NCBI GenBank assembly: GCA_965213685.1
Contig: CBDBZY010000016.1
Location: forward strand, 256,001 to 320,000
Direction of reading: 5' to 3'
Source of the DNA: a bacterium
GTDB taxonomy: Bacteria > UBA8248
Length of the DNA stretch: 64,000 bases
Shown piece after piece: positions 32,656 to 49,108 of this stretch. The translations under genes were made by a program, and so were the position numbers. Within the stretch, counting starts at the first letter, position 1. Every line of letters starts with the position of its first letter. The notes beneath the pieces are model-generated. The model saw only the letters and a list, made by a program, of their open reading frames with translations, had not been told where the DNA came from and ran no database searches.

Positions 32656-32959
32656 CCTGTGTATTGTGTCAATGTACCTATATGTACACATACTTAACTA
32701 TGACATCATCTCTATAATACTGTTTACTCTGATTACATGACTGTGCATAATGATTATTTCAAACATTGCCATCATAGCTAATACTGACCAATCATATTCC
32801 ATTATCCATACATGGGCACCATGATTCCACTTATGCTTAAAACATATCATGAATATGATGACACCTCCTATGCTCAGCAGTTACCATAACAACGTACAGA
32901 AAAACAAGGTCCTTGTTCTCCATTGCGTTGCCTTACTGGAGCACCCTGGGAAGCCCACA

Positions 32960-35092
32960 ATGGCTCAAAATCCAGACGTTCCCTCCCTTACCCCTCGAGA
33001 CCTCACCCTCCCTGGTAGGTCCCTCCCTCCTGCCATGCCCCTCATCATCTCCACCCAAGACAGGTGGGACCCTCACAGCTGCAAGCTGGAGACTCACCAG
33101 CACAACAGCCAGCCACAACACCTACAGCTAGTCACAGACACTCTACAACTGCTGGGAACCATCAACAAGCCTGTGGCTGTCCTGTCCATCTGTGGCCCCT
33201 ATCGCTCGGGGAAGTCCTACTTCATCTCCCGACTGCTGGGCAGGCCTGGGGCCTTTCAGCTGGGCCACAGTATGCGAGCCTGTACACGTGGAATCTGGAT
33301 GGCCACCACTGTCCTGGAGTGTGAGCAGTTTGCCACAATCCTGCTGGATACGGAAGGCATCGATGCCATTGGAGCCTCCGAGACCATGGCCATGAGCTTG
33401 CTGACTGTCACCACACTCCTCAGCTCCTACCTCATCTACAACTCCAAGAAGGTGCCCCAGAAGGTGGACCTGGACAAGATGAGGTGCTTCACCCAGCTCT
33501 CCAGGTCTCTGCTTGTGCAGAAAGGGGAGTCCATGAGGGCAGAGGTCATGAGGAAGTTCTTCCCTCACTTTCTGTGGCTACTGCGAGACGTGACACTGAC
33601 TGTGACAGACAGAGCCGGCCAGACCATCTCAGCCACTGAGTTCCTGCACACTCGTGTGCTGGCATCCGAAGCTGGCCAGCCTACAGAGCTGGGCAAGTCT
33701 CTTTGCAGCCTCTTCCCCTCACTGGAGTGCCACACTCTTCCCATGCCAAGCATCAACCCCAAAGTCATCAAGAACATTGTGGAGCAACAGGACAAGCTGG
33801 AACCAGCATTCAACAAGGCAGTGGATGAGCTGATCCAGCGAATCCTGCAGCAAGTCACACCCAAGAAAGCCATCGATGGAGTGAATGTGGTGGATGGCCC
33901 AGCTCTCGCTGCTCTGACCCGTGGGTATGTGGATGCCATCAACACACCAGGAGCAATACCAGACCTGGAACAAGGCTGGCAGGCCGTCATCAAGTGGAAA
34001 CTGAAGGAACTGTCAGACAAGCTAGTGGAGGAGTACAGGAGAGAGATGGAGGAATGTTTAGGAGACAATCTTCCCATGGAGGAGAGGAATCTGATGAGAA
34101 TCCACAAACAGACACTGAGCAGGAAAAGGGAGTCACTGCAGCAGGAGATCCGTCGACTCAAGCCATTGAGTTCCACCTCTGGAGACAAAGACCCAGTCCT
34201 CAGTCAACTGGAGCAGGCAATCAGTCAGACAAATGAGGGGGGTGAGGTGATTGGGGGGGTCCTGTTCCAGTTCACCACTCACAACTACTCCAAGTCCAAG
34301 CAGCAGTGTGAAGAGGTGCTGATGGAAGCAGTGAAGAGCAGTGAAATTCACAAGAAGTGTCAAGAAGCCTTCATCAACTCACAGCCACTGGACATAATGG
34401 CAGAGATACAGGAGATTGAGTGGCAATACCACAGGCAAGCTGTCGGACCAGCAGCCAGTGAAGTGCTGGAGAAAGGCCTCAGAGAACTGAACCAACTGGG
34501 AGACTCACTCAAGAGAATTCCTGGCCCACCTCGTGAGGTGAGGGACATTGGACGAGGACCTGATCGAGTGAAGCTGAGCTGGAAACCTCCAGAGAAGAAC
34601 CCTGAGGCTGCTGAGAGCTATGTGGTGTGGAAACAAGAGGAGGGGAAGCAGTGGGAGAGGGTGAGGGAGACAAAGAAGACCAAAATCCTCATCACTGGAC
34701 TGAAGTCAGGGACATACTACCAGTTCAGAGTCACAGCCACTAATGACCTGATTAAGAGTGTGGATACAACACAGCGCTCAGAGACAAATGTGTCAAAAGC
34801 TAAGATGGGAGCTATTGGTGGTGGTTTTGGAGCACTTGGATTTGCAGTGTCCCCAGTTTTAGGTTATTTGGCTATGACTAATGGAGACATGAGTACAAGA
34901 AAAATAGTAGCCATATCAGTCGCCACTGCACCAATCAGCCTCATATGTGCTCCAGTTACTGCTACTGTGGGTGCAGTTTGGTTTGCTAGGGAAGAGATCA
35001 AGGACTGGTGCTACAGTGGAGACCTGTCCCCAGAGAGTGATGATCTGTCCCCAGAGAGTGATGATGAAACATCATGTGACTCCACAGAATGA
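32960..35092 (+). CDS. GBP-like GTPase-FN3-hydrophobic-tail protein, leader type D (MAQNPDVP), intact; upstream ATG at 32849
   Basis: Uninterrupted ORF with a 21-bp duplication (LSPESDD x2) at 35024-35065. Confidence 0.9.
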   Translation: MAQNPDVPSLTPRDLTLPGRSLPPAMPLIISTQDRWDPHSCKLETHQHNSQPQHLQLVTDTLQLLGTINKPVAVLSICGPYRSGKSYFISRLLGRPGAFQLGHSMRACTRGIWMATTVLECEQFATILLDTEGIDAIGASETMAMSLLTVTTLLSSYLIYNSKKVPQKVDLDKMRCFTQLSRSLLVQKGESMRAEVMRKFFPHFLWLLRDVTLTVTDRAGQTISATEFLHTRVLASEAGQPTELGKSLCSLFPSLECHTLPMPSINPKVIKNIVEQQDKLEPAFNKAVDELIQRILQQVTPKKAIDGVNVVDGPALAALTRGYVDAINTPGAIPDLEQGWQAVIKWKLKELSDKLVEEYRREMEECLGDNLPMEERNLMRIHKQTLSRKRESLQQEIRRLKPLSSTSGDKDPVLSQLEQAISQTNEGGEVIGGVLFQFTTHNYSKSKQQCEEVLMEAVKSSEIHKKCQEAFINSQPLDIMAEIQEIEWQYHRQAVGPAASEVLEKGLRELNQLGDSLKRIPGPPREVRDIGRGPDRVKLSWKPPEKNPEAAESYVVWKQEEGKQWERVRETKKTKILITGLKSGTYYQFRVTATNDLIKSVDTTQRSETNVSKAKMGAIGGGFGALGFAVSPVLGYLAMTNGDMSTRKIVAISVATAPISLICAPVTATVGAVWFAREEIKDWCYSGDLSPESDDLSPESDDETSCDSTE

Positions 35093-35529
35093 CATGACAA
35101 TACTCTATGGCTAGCTATAGCTGCTCTTGTGTGTACAAGTTCATGTACTCTCATACCTGCCACAATACACACAATGTACACATGTATTTTGATATAATTA
35201 TTATGGAGTGGATATAACTCAATACAAGCTTTGTTACTATGACACTGTGTTGGCATGGCAACAGCAGACCCTGAGTGAGCATCCATAGTGTGGGTGGAGC
35301 CAGAGAGGTCACCAGTGGGTAGCACACACAGCAGTGATCATCACTGGTTGTCATGACAAGATGGGCCCCTGTCAATTATTATGTAGTTGGCAGGTCCCTA
35401 TAACATGTCGCAGTCTGTACCGGCTTCTGGTGCAATCTCATTGGTCATTTGATTCTTCTCATCACATGATTTGCTTGCATTGTCACGTGACTGGGTTTCT
35501 GAGTTCTGGTTGGTGGCTAAATGGTGACT

Positions 35530-37773
<2,244 letters not shown>

Positions 37774-37907
37774 AGCAGCGGAAGAATCGCCACACGGTCT
37801 CGGCAAACACGACAACAAAGTATACTGACGTGTACGGTGCGTTGCATTCCGTATATGTTGGGTATCCGGTAAATGGGTGGGGCTGCAATACGAGTTGCAG
37901 CTCCTAG

Positions 37908-37966
37908 CATAGATAGTATAGACAAGTAACCTATTACTTACTAGTTACTTGTCTATACTATCTATG
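37908..37966. mobile_element. 59-bp CATAG...CTATG palindrome with 7-bp TSD (CTCCTAG) in the bidirectional promoter
   Basis: Perfect 23-bp arms. The empty site gcagctcctagtag is seen in paralogs at ~6388 and ~20754. Confidence 0.85.
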
Positions 37967-38009
37967 CTCCTAGTAGGGTGGCTTACTGAGGTAAGAGAAA
38001 AGCGTAGCG

Positions 38010-39952
<1,943 letters not shown>

Positions 39953-40174
39953 CCTGTGTATTGTGCCATTATCTGTACTACCACTATTACATCATGGTTT
40001 AAAATGACCAATCAAAACCTACTGCCCATATAAGGATCCCCTGCTGCTACAACCCTGACATGAATATAATTATGGTTTGCTATGCTCAGCAATTCCATAA
40101 CGTGTAGCAAGAGAGAAGCACTAGAAATCACCACTTTCTCATCGCCTCACTCCAGTACCAAACAGCTACCAGCG

Positions 40175-42292
40175 ATGGCTAAGAAGCAGGAAGTTCCCTC
40201 TCTCACCCCTCGAGACCTCACCCTCCCTGGTAGGTCCCTCCCTCCTGCCATGCCCCTCATCATCTCCACCCAAGACAGGTGGGACCCTCACAGCTGCAAG
40301 CTGGAGACTCACCAGCACAACAGCCAACCACAACACCTACAGCTAGTCACAGACACTCTGCAACTGCTGGGAACCATCAACAAGCCTGTGGCTGTCCTGT
40401 CCATCTGTGGCCCCTACCGCTCGGGGAAGTCCTACTTCATCTCCCGACTGCTGGGCAGGCCTGGGGCCTTTCAGCTGGGCCACAGGATGCAAGCCTGTAC
40501 ACGTGGAATCTGGATGGCCACCACTGTCCTGGAGTGTGAGCAGTTTGTCACAATCCTGCTGGACACAGAAGGCATCGATGCCATTAGAGCCTCCGAGACC
40601 ATGGATGCAAGCTTGCTGACTGTCACCACACTCCTCAGCTCCTACCTCATCTACAACTCCATGAAGGTGCCCCAGAAGGTGGATCTGGACAAGATGAGGT
40701 GCTTCACCCAGCTCTCCAGGTCTCTGCTCGTGCAGAAAGGGGAGTCCATGAGGGCAGAGGTCATGAGGAAGTTCTTCCCTCACTTTCTGTGGCTACTGCG
40801 AGATGTGACACTGAAAGTGACAGACAGAGCCGGCCAGACCATCTCAGCCACTGAGTTCCTGCACACTCGTGTGCTGGCATCACAATCTGGCCAGCCTACA
40901 GAGCTGGGCAAGTCTCTTTGCAGCCTCTTCCCCTCACTAGAATGCCACACTCTTCCCATGCCAAGCATCAACCCCAAAGTCATCAAGAACATTGTGGAGC
41001 AACAGGACAAGCTGAAACCAGCATTCAACAAGGCAGTGGATGAACTGATCCAGCGAATCCTGCAGCAAGTCACACCCAAGAAAGCCATCAATGGAGTGAG
41101 TGTGGTGGATGGCCCAGCTCTAGCTGCTCTGACCCGTGGCTATGTGGATGCCATCAACACACCAGGAGCAATACCAGACCTGGAACAAGGCTGGCAGGCC
41201 GTCATCAAGTGGAAACTGAAGGAACTGTCAGACAAGCTAGTGGAGGAGTACAGGAGAGAGATGGAGAAATGTTTAGGAGACAATCTTCCCATGGAGGAGA
41301 GGAATCTGATGAGAATCCACAAACAGACACTGAGCAGGAAAAGGGATTCACTGCAGCAGGAGATCCATCGGCTCAAACCATTGAGTTCCACCTCTGGAGA
41401 CAAAAACCCAATCCTGATCATGAGTCAACTGGAGCAGACAATCAGTCAGACAAACGAGGGGGGTGAGGTGATTGGGGGGGTCCTGTTCCAGTTCACCACT
41501 CAGAACTATTACAAGTCCAAGCAGCAGTGTGAAGAGGTGCTGATGGAAGCAGTGAAGAGCAGTGGAATTCACAAGAAGTGTCAGGAAGCCTTCATCAACT
41601 CACAGCCACTGGACATAATGGCAGAGATATGGGATATTCATACACAATACTGCAAGCAAGCTGTCGGACCAGCAGCCAATGAAGTACTGGAGAAAGGTCA
41701 CAGAGAACTGAACCAACTGGGAGACTCACTCAAGAGAATTCCTGGCCCACCTAGTGAGGTGGAGGTCATTGGAGAGGGATCTGATCGAGTGAAGCTGAGC
41801 TGGCAACCTCCAGAGAAGAACCCTGAGGCTGCTGAGAGCTATGTGGTGTGGAAACAAGAGAAGGGGAAGCAGTGGGAGAGGGTGAGGGAGACAAAGAAGA
41901 CCAAAATCCTCATCACTGGACTGAAGTCAGGGACAGTGTACCAGTTCAGAGTCACAGCCACTAATGACCTGATTAAGAGTGTGGCTACAACACAGTGCTC
42001 ATTGACAAAGGAGTCAAAAGCTATGATGGGAGCTATTGGTGGTGGTGCAGGAGCACTTGCATTTGCATTGTCCCCAGTTTTAGGTTATGTGGCTATGACT
42101 GAAGGAGGCATGAGTACAAGAAAAATAGTAGCCATATCAGTCGCCACTGCACCAATCAGCCTCATATGTGCTCCAGTTACTGCTACTGTGGGTGGAGTTT
42201 GGGCTGCTAGGGAAATGATCAAGGATGAGCGTGACTGGGGAGACCTGTCCCCAGGGAGTGATGATGAGACGTCATGTGACTCCACAGAATGA
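40175..42292 (+). CDS. GBP-like GTPase-FN3-hydrophobic-tail protein, leader type B, intact; upstream ATG at 40082
   Basis: Uninterrupted 736-aa ORF with a 2-codon insertion (PILIMSQ). Confidence 0.9.
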   Translation: MAKKQEVPSLTPRDLTLPGRSLPPAMPLIISTQDRWDPHSCKLETHQHNSQPQHLQLVTDTLQLLGTINKPVAVLSICGPYRSGKSYFISRLLGRPGAFQLGHRMQACTRGIWMATTVLECEQFVTILLDTEGIDAIRASETMDASLLTVTTLLSSYLIYNSMKVPQKVDLDKMRCFTQLSRSLLVQKGESMRAEVMRKFFPHFLWLLRDVTLKVTDRAGQTISATEFLHTRVLASQSGQPTELGKSLCSLFPSLECHTLPMPSINPKVIKNIVEQQDKLKPAFNKAVDELIQRILQQVTPKKAINGVSVVDGPALAALTRGYVDAINTPGAIPDLEQGWQAVIKWKLKELSDKLVEEYRREMEKCLGDNLPMEERNLMRIHKQTLSRKRDSLQQEIHRLKPLSSTSGDKNPILIMSQLEQTISQTNEGGEVIGGVLFQFTTQNYYKSKQQCEEVLMEAVKSSGIHKKCQEAFINSQPLDIMAEIWDIHTQYCKQAVGPAANEVLEKGHRELNQLGDSLKRIPGPPSEVEVIGEGSDRVKLSWQPPEKNPEAAESYVVWKQEKGKQWERVRETKKTKILITGLKSGTVYQFRVTATNDLIKSVATTQCSLTKESKAMMGAIGGGAGALAFALSPVLGYVAMTEGGMSTRKIVAISVATAPISLICAPVTATVGGVWAAREMIKDERDWGDLSPGSDDETSCDSTE

Positions 42293-42689
42293 CGTGACAA
42301 TACTCTATGGCTAGCTATAGCTGCTCTTGTGTGTACAAGTTCATGTACTCTCATACCTGCCACAATACACACAACATGCACATGTATTTTGATTTAATTA
42401 TTATGGAGTGACATTTACAAATCAATACAAGCTTTGCTACTATGGCATTGTGTTGGGCATAGCAACAGCAGAACCCAAAAAGAGCATCCATAAATAGTGT
42501 GGGTGGAGCCAGAGAGGTCACCAGTTGCCACATGCCAGCACAACACCACACCCAGCATGATGGAGTGCTTGTGTGTGGGGGCAGTCTGAGAACAAGGCTA
42601 GAGTGATGTGAATTGATACATAGCAAATGACCGTAAACATCATAATAATTATACATAGTGGTGAGTGTTATGAGCACTGCTAGTGATGA

Positions 42690-42809
42690 TCATGACTTGT
42701 GTTCCTCTGTGGTGACTGAGTGTAGAGGTGATTGTGGTTCTCTCGGCCTGATCCACAGCAGCGGGAACATTCCAATCAAACATCCAATGATGATACCAGC
42801 ACAGCGACC
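42690..42809 (-). pseudogene. TMEM65-like terminal exon, copy 5
   Basis: GRCAGIIIGCLIGMFPLLWI... Confidence 0.58.
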
Positions 42810-43664
42810 CTGAGACGGGGGAAGAGGAGGATGAGAAAGAGAGTAAGTAACCAGAGGAAGAGGTACATGTATGAGAGTGGAAGCAGATAAGCAGGCTGGC
42901 AGGCCAAAGGCAGACAGACAGATACAGACAGACATGGAATTTTGACTCCATAGAATAACATGACAATGGCTCCTCTTGTGTGGTAGTACAACCTCTTGCA
43001 CTCTCATACGTGCCATATAGCCTCGTTCCCAGGCTCTTTTCGGGCCTGGATACGAGGCTAACCTAAACATCACATCAACCAGGTCCTTGCACCACCCCAC
43101 CAGGCGGGCCACTGAATGTACCTGGCGTCCAACACTGTTGTTACGCTCAAAATATGCCATTTGCTGACTGAACTAAGTCAAACAATTACATGTACACAAT
43201 GATCGTATACCCCAGCAGATGGCGGCGGTACTTTAGACCACAGAATATCAATGACTAGACATCATTAGCGTATTCTCACAAGCCTCCAATCTACCTGCAT
43301 ATTTACTAGAGATCTATGGACCAGCCAAGAATGCGGATAATTATATCACTGTTACCTACAATGTACTGCCCACTCGCTACTCGGTGCCCACTATTGAACA
43401 CCAGCACCGTGTAGCGCCATACACGCTAAATATTGATGGTAGCTATTTGCTAAACACCAAAGCTATTTACTAAACATCCACCCCTTTGCTATATCCCCTT
43501 AAAAAATTAGGGTTTTCAAATTTGGGCTAACAGCACCCCATAACTCTTTGGAGAGTAGTACGTCACAGCATAGATATCTATGGTCACGACGGTGTGGGGG
43601 AAGTCCCTACGTTTAGAACGCGACGCACAGGTATTAGAGCCCACCAGTAGCTTTGCTCATCTGC

Positions 43665-45797
43665 ATGGCTGCCTCTGGAGCCACAGCTGAGGATGTTAGT
43701 GCCTCCTCCCTCACCCCTCGAGACCTCACCCTCCCTGGTAGGTCCCTCCCTCCTGCCATGCCCCTCATCATCTCCACCCAAGACAGGTGGGACCCTCACA
43801 GCTGCAAGCTGGAGACTCACCAGCACAACAGCCAACCACAATACCTACAGCTAGTCACAGACACTCTACAACTGCTGGGAACCATCAACAAGCCTGTGGC
43901 TATCCTGTCCATCTGTGGCCCCTACCGCTCAGGGAAGTCCTACTTCATCTCCCGACTGCTGGGCAGGCCTGGGGCCTTTCAGCTGGGCCACAGGATGCAA
44001 GCCTGTACACGTGGAATCTGGATGGCCACCACTGTCCTGGAGTGTGAGCAGTTTGCCATAATCCTGCTGGACACAGAAGGCATTGATGCCATTGGAGCCT
44101 CCGAGACCATGGCCATGAGCTTGCTGACTGTCACCACACTCCTCAGCTCCTACCTCATCTACAACTCCAAGAAGGTGCCCCAGAAGGTGGACCTGGACAA
44201 GATGAGGTGCTTCACCCAGCTCTCCAGGTCTCTGCTCGTGCAGAAAGGGGAGTCCATGAGGGCAGAGGTCGTGAGGGAGTTCTTCCCTCACTTTCTGTGG
44301 CTACTGCGAGATGTGACACTGAAAGTGACAGACAGAGCCGGCCAGACCATCTCAGCCACTGAGTTCCTGCACACTCGTGTGCTGGCATCACAGTCTGGCC
44401 AGCCTACAGAGCTGGGCAAGTCTCTTTGCAGCCTCTTCCCCTCACTGGAATGCCACACTCTTCCCATGCCAAGCATCAACCCCAAAGTCATCAAGAACAT
44501 TGTGGAGCAACAGGACAAGCTGAAACCAGCATTCAACAAGGCAGTAGATGAGCTGATCCAGCGAATCCTGCAGCAAGTCACGCCCAAGAAAGCCATTGGT
44601 GGAGTGAGTGTGGTGGATGGCCCAGCTCTAGCTGCTCTGACCCGTGGCTATGTGGATGCCATCAACACACCAGGAGCAATACCAGACCTGGAACAAGGCT
44701 GGCAGGCCATCATCAAGTGGAAACTGAAGGAACTATCAGACAAGCTAGTGGAGGAGTACAGGAGAGAGATGGAGGAATGTTTAGGAGACAATCTTCCCAT
44801 GGAGGAGAGGAATCTGATGAGAATCCACCAACAGACACTGAGCAGGAAAAGGGAGTCACTGCAGCAGGAGATCCGTTGACTCAAGCCATTGAGTTCCACC
44901 TCTGGAGACAAAGACCCAGTCCTGAGTCAACTGGAGCAGACAATCAGTCAGACAAACGAGGGGGGTGAGGTGATTGGGGGGGTCCTGTTCCAGTTCACCA
45001 CTCACAACTATTCCAAGTCCAAGCAGCAATGTGAAGAGGTGCTGATGGAAGCAGTGAAGAGCAGTGGAATTCACAAGAAGTGTCAGGAAGCCTTCATCAA
45101 CTCTCATCCACTGGACATAATGGCAGAGATATGGGATATTCATACACAATACTGCAAGCAAGCTGTTGGACCAGCAGCTGGTGAAGTGCTGAAAAAAGGT
45201 CACAGAGAACTGAACCAACTGGGAGACTCACTCAAGAGAATTCCTGGCCCACCTTGTGAGGTGGAGGTCATTGGATGGGGACCTGATCGAGTGAAGCTGA
45301 GCTGGCAACCTCCAAAGAAGAACCCTGAGGCTGCTGAGAGCTATGTGGTGTGGAAACAAGAGGAGGGAATGCAGTGGGAGAGGGTGAGGGAGACAAAGAA
45401 GACCAAAATCCTCATCACTGGACTGAAGTCAGACACAGACTACCAGTTCAGAATCACAGCCACTAATGACCTGATTAAGAGTGTGGCTGCAACACATGAC
45501 TCATGGACAATGGAGTCAAAAGCTAAGATGGGAGCTCTTGCTGGTGGTGTAGGAGCAATTACATTGTCACTGATGCCAGTTGCAGCAGCTATTGCGAATG
45601 TGACTGCTGAAGACATGAGTGGAGGAAAAATAGTAGCCATATCAGTCGCCACTTTACCAATTAGCCTCATATGTGCTCCAGTTACTGCTACTGTGGGTGG
45701 AGTTTGGATTGCTAGGGAAGTGATCAAGGACGGATGCTACAGTGGAGACCTGTCCCCAGAGAGTGATGATGAGACGTCATGTGACTCCACAGAGTGA
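43665..45797 (+). pseudogene. GBP-like gene, leader type C, premature TGA at 44877-44879
   Basis: CGA>TGA relative to paralogs. The downstream frame continues open to 45797. Confidence 0.88.
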
Positions 45798-46333
45798 CAT
45801 GTCAATACTCTATGGCTAGCTATAGCTGCTCTTGTGTGTACACGTTCATGTACTCTCATACCCGCCACAATAAACACAACATGCACATGTATTTTGATAT
45901 ATTATGGAGTGGATGTAACAGAAATTGAGTTATTTATTAGTATAAGCTTTGTTACTATGACATTGTGTTGGCATGGCAACAGCAGAACCTAAATGAGCAT
46001 CCATTGTGGGTGAAGCCAGATAGGTTACCAATGGGTAGCGATTCTAGTAAATATAGCAGTGATCATCACTGCTTATCATGATGAGATGGGCCCCTGTCAT
46101 CAACCACAATTATTATGGAGTTGCCGTGTCCCCAGCCACAGCGCAATGCTAGCCTCATTCCCAGGCCTTCCCCCACATGCCAGCACAACACCACACCCAG
46201 CATGGTGGAGTGCTTGTGTGTGGGGGGCAGTCTGGGAACAAGGCTAGAGTGATGTGGATTGAATGACCATAAACTAATTATTATACACTGTACATGTAGT
46301 GGTGAGTGTTATGAGCACCGCTAGTGATGAATA

Positions 46334-46453
46334 TCATGACTTGTGTTCCTCTGGGGTGACTGAGTGTTGACGTGATTGTGGTTCTCTTGGCCTGATCCAC
46401 AGCAGCGGGAACATTCCAATCAAACATCCGATGATGATACCAGCACAGCGACC
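46334..46453 (-). pseudogene. TMEM65-like terminal exon, copy 6
   Basis: GRCAGIIIGCLIGMFPLLWI... Confidence 0.58.
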
Positions 46454-46526
46454 CTGAGACGGGGGAAGAGGAGAAAGTGAAAAAGTATAAGTATTCATTT
46501 GCAAGCATTGGATAAGAGTAAGCATA

Positions 46527-47284
46527 GAAACAAGGGCATTATCTTACGTCTGACCAACGAATGTTCTCTGGGATAAAAGTAACGGACTCCCAAAGGCAGT
46601 GTGTCTTCGCCCGCCACCCCCTGCACCGAATAGTGAACATCACCTACTATGAGGACACGTACAAGAAGCACATGCTGGCAGTGAGGGTGTCTGGAGCAGA
46701 GGACGGGCAGCAAGAGCTGCACATTTATGAGAGTGAGAGTGAGGTGAGGAGTGCAGGGAAACCCCTCTAATTAGGATACCCTTAATTAGGACACCTTGAG
46801 AGACAGGTCACTATTGCTATCCCATATACCATATCTGTGTTCATGCCAATGAGGACACCATTCTAGTGAGGACACTCCTTCTTGTGCCAAGAGTGGTTTG
46901 ATTAGAGGGGCTCTATGCTGTGCACCATGTTGCTTGTGTGCTATAGTGATCCAATTCACTCAGTTATGTTTTTTCACCTGACGCTATCCCCAGACACAAG
47001 CCATTCTAGTGAGGACATACCTTCTTGTGCCAAGAGTGGCTTATTAGAGGGTTCTGTACTGTATACCATGCTGCTTACATGCTGTAGTGATCCAATTCAT
47101 ATGAACATTTTTACCATCCCTCCCTCTTCCCTCCCTCTTTCCTTTCCTCCCTCACTCTTCCCTTTCTTACCACCATCCCCAGGCACAGGCTAAGGACGTC
47201 TGCCTCACTCTGGCTCAGGCATTTGAGGCAGTCTACAACAAACTGCAGTTGGAACAGAACCTCCACTCCTCAGACCTCAGATAG
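46527..47284 (+). pseudogene. ICAP1-like 3' fragment (exons 5-6), second copy
   Basis: Paralog of 32016-32655 with a further deletion (MFS-GIKV). Confidence 0.78.
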
Positions 47285-47490
47285 CCTGTGTATTGTGCCA
47301 TTATCTGTACTACCACTATTACATCATGGTTTAAAATGACCAATCAAAACCCACTGCTCATATAAAGAAGGCCCCTTGCTGTTACAACCCTGATATGAAT
47401 ATAAATATTTTGTCCATAGCATAGCAGGTGAGAACACTAGAATATTATCCCTCCATATTGCCTCCGTACAGTGGTAAACATCCAGCAGCA

Positions 47491-47520
47491 ATGGCTGGAT
47501 GTTCCCTCCCTCACCCCTCG
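47491..47520 (+). pseudogene. 5' stub of a deleted GBP-like copy
   Basis: atggctg gatgttccctccctcacccctcg (DVPSLTPR) ends abruptly, preceded by a diverged type-B upstream region. Confidence 0.6.
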
Positions 47521-48892
47521 TTATTATGTTGCTGTATATTTTTACTTTACATGATTATTGTGTAACTATTCTTTGCCCTGACAAGAAAGAGAGAACCTGA
47601 ACAACTGCTTGTCCATACTATGAGAAATAGTGCATTTCCCTATATTCTGTAAACACGATAATATGAGGACACATGATTGTATAGGTGTTCATACAGGAGA
47701 GGGTGGCCACCAATACAGCAGTACTTCTTGTCACAAACACAGAGGAGAAACTCTAGCCTTGTGACTCAGCTACTTGTGGAAACACTGACATATTGTCTAT
47801 AGTATACCACACAATAATATAATCACACACTACTCCATTTTGGACACGCACATTGTGCTCTACTCACTAGCTACTGGTGTCATGTGAATTTCAATGTTTA
47901 TACAGCCCAACTTCCATCCACAGACAGAGGTCACTGAGGTCATTCAGTGTATTAGATTACAGGGCAATTGGTGCTTGTATTGATCCACTGCTGTTAGCTT
48001 TACAATGGCTGCCTGTGGAGACACAGTTGAGAAAGCTGCCTCCTCCCTCACCCCTCGAGACCTCACCCTCCCTGGTAGGTCCCTCCCTCCTGCCATGCCC
48101 CTCATCATCTCCACCCAAGACAGGTGGGACCCTCACAGCTGCAAGCTGAAGACTCACCAGCACAACAGCCAACCACAACACCTACAGATAGTCACAGACA
48201 CTCTACAACTGCTAGGAACCATCAACAAGCCTGTGGCTGTCCTGTCCATCTGTGGCCCCTACCGCTCGGGGAAGTCCTACTTCATCTCCCGACTGCTGGG
48301 CAGGCCTGGGGCCTTTCAGCTGGGCCACAGGATGCAAGCCTGTACACGTGGAATCTGGATGGCCACCACTGTCCTGGAGTGTGAGCAGTTTGCCACAATC
48401 CTGCTGGATACGGAAGGCATCGATGCCATTGGAGCCTCCGAGATCATGGCCATGAGCTTGCTGACTGTCACCACACTCCTCAGCTCCTACCTCATCTACA
48501 ACTCCAAGAAGGTGCCCCAGAAGGTGGATCTGGACAAGATGAGGTGCTTCACCCAGCTCTCCAGGTCTCTGCTCGTGCAGAAAGGGGAGTCCATGAGGGC
48601 AGAGGTCATGAGGAAGTTCTTCCCTCACTTTCTGTGGCTACTGCGAGATGTGACACTGAAAGTGACAGACAGAGCCAGCCAGACCATCTCGGCCACTGAG
48701 TTCCTGCACACTCGTGTGCTGGCATCACAATCTGGCCAGCCTACAGAGCTGGGCAAGTCTCTTTGCAGCCTCTTCCCCTCACTGGAATGCCACACTCTTC
48801 CCATGCCAAGCATCAACCCCAAAGTCATCAAGAACATTGTGGAGCAACAGGACAAGCTGGAACCAGCATTCAACAAGGCAGTGGATGAGCTG

Positions 48893-49087
48893 TGTAGTAT
48901 ATTGCAGTGTAATCATCTCTCATTGTGATGTCACGTTTGTTTCCTCTATTATGCATGTCTATTTCCTGTATTGCATTTGTACTGTATATAAGTGCTGTGT
49001 TGTATTGTTGTAGTGGGAGTTGTCATAAGTCAGTTGTCAGTCCTTGCGCGCTCCTAGCTGCCAACGAACGAACCCGAGTACACGACA
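48893..49087 (+). repeat. 5' LTR
   Basis: tgtagtat...cacgaca; direct repeat of 53186-53380. Confidence 0.95.
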
Positions 49088-49090
49088 TAT

Positions 49091-49108
49091 TGGCGACGAG
49101 GATGGGAT
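49091..49108 (+). other. Primer binding site, complementary to the tRNA-Ser(GCU) 3' end
   Basis: TGGCGACGAGGATGGGAT is the reverse complement of ATCCCATCCTCGTCGCCA, the metazoan tRNA-Ser(GCU) 3' terminus as recalled. Confidence 0.8.

Noticed and set aside
49091-49108. tRNA gene
   Set aside because: Only an 18-nt complement to a tRNA 3' end (the PBS); no cloverleaf was seen anywhere in the window.
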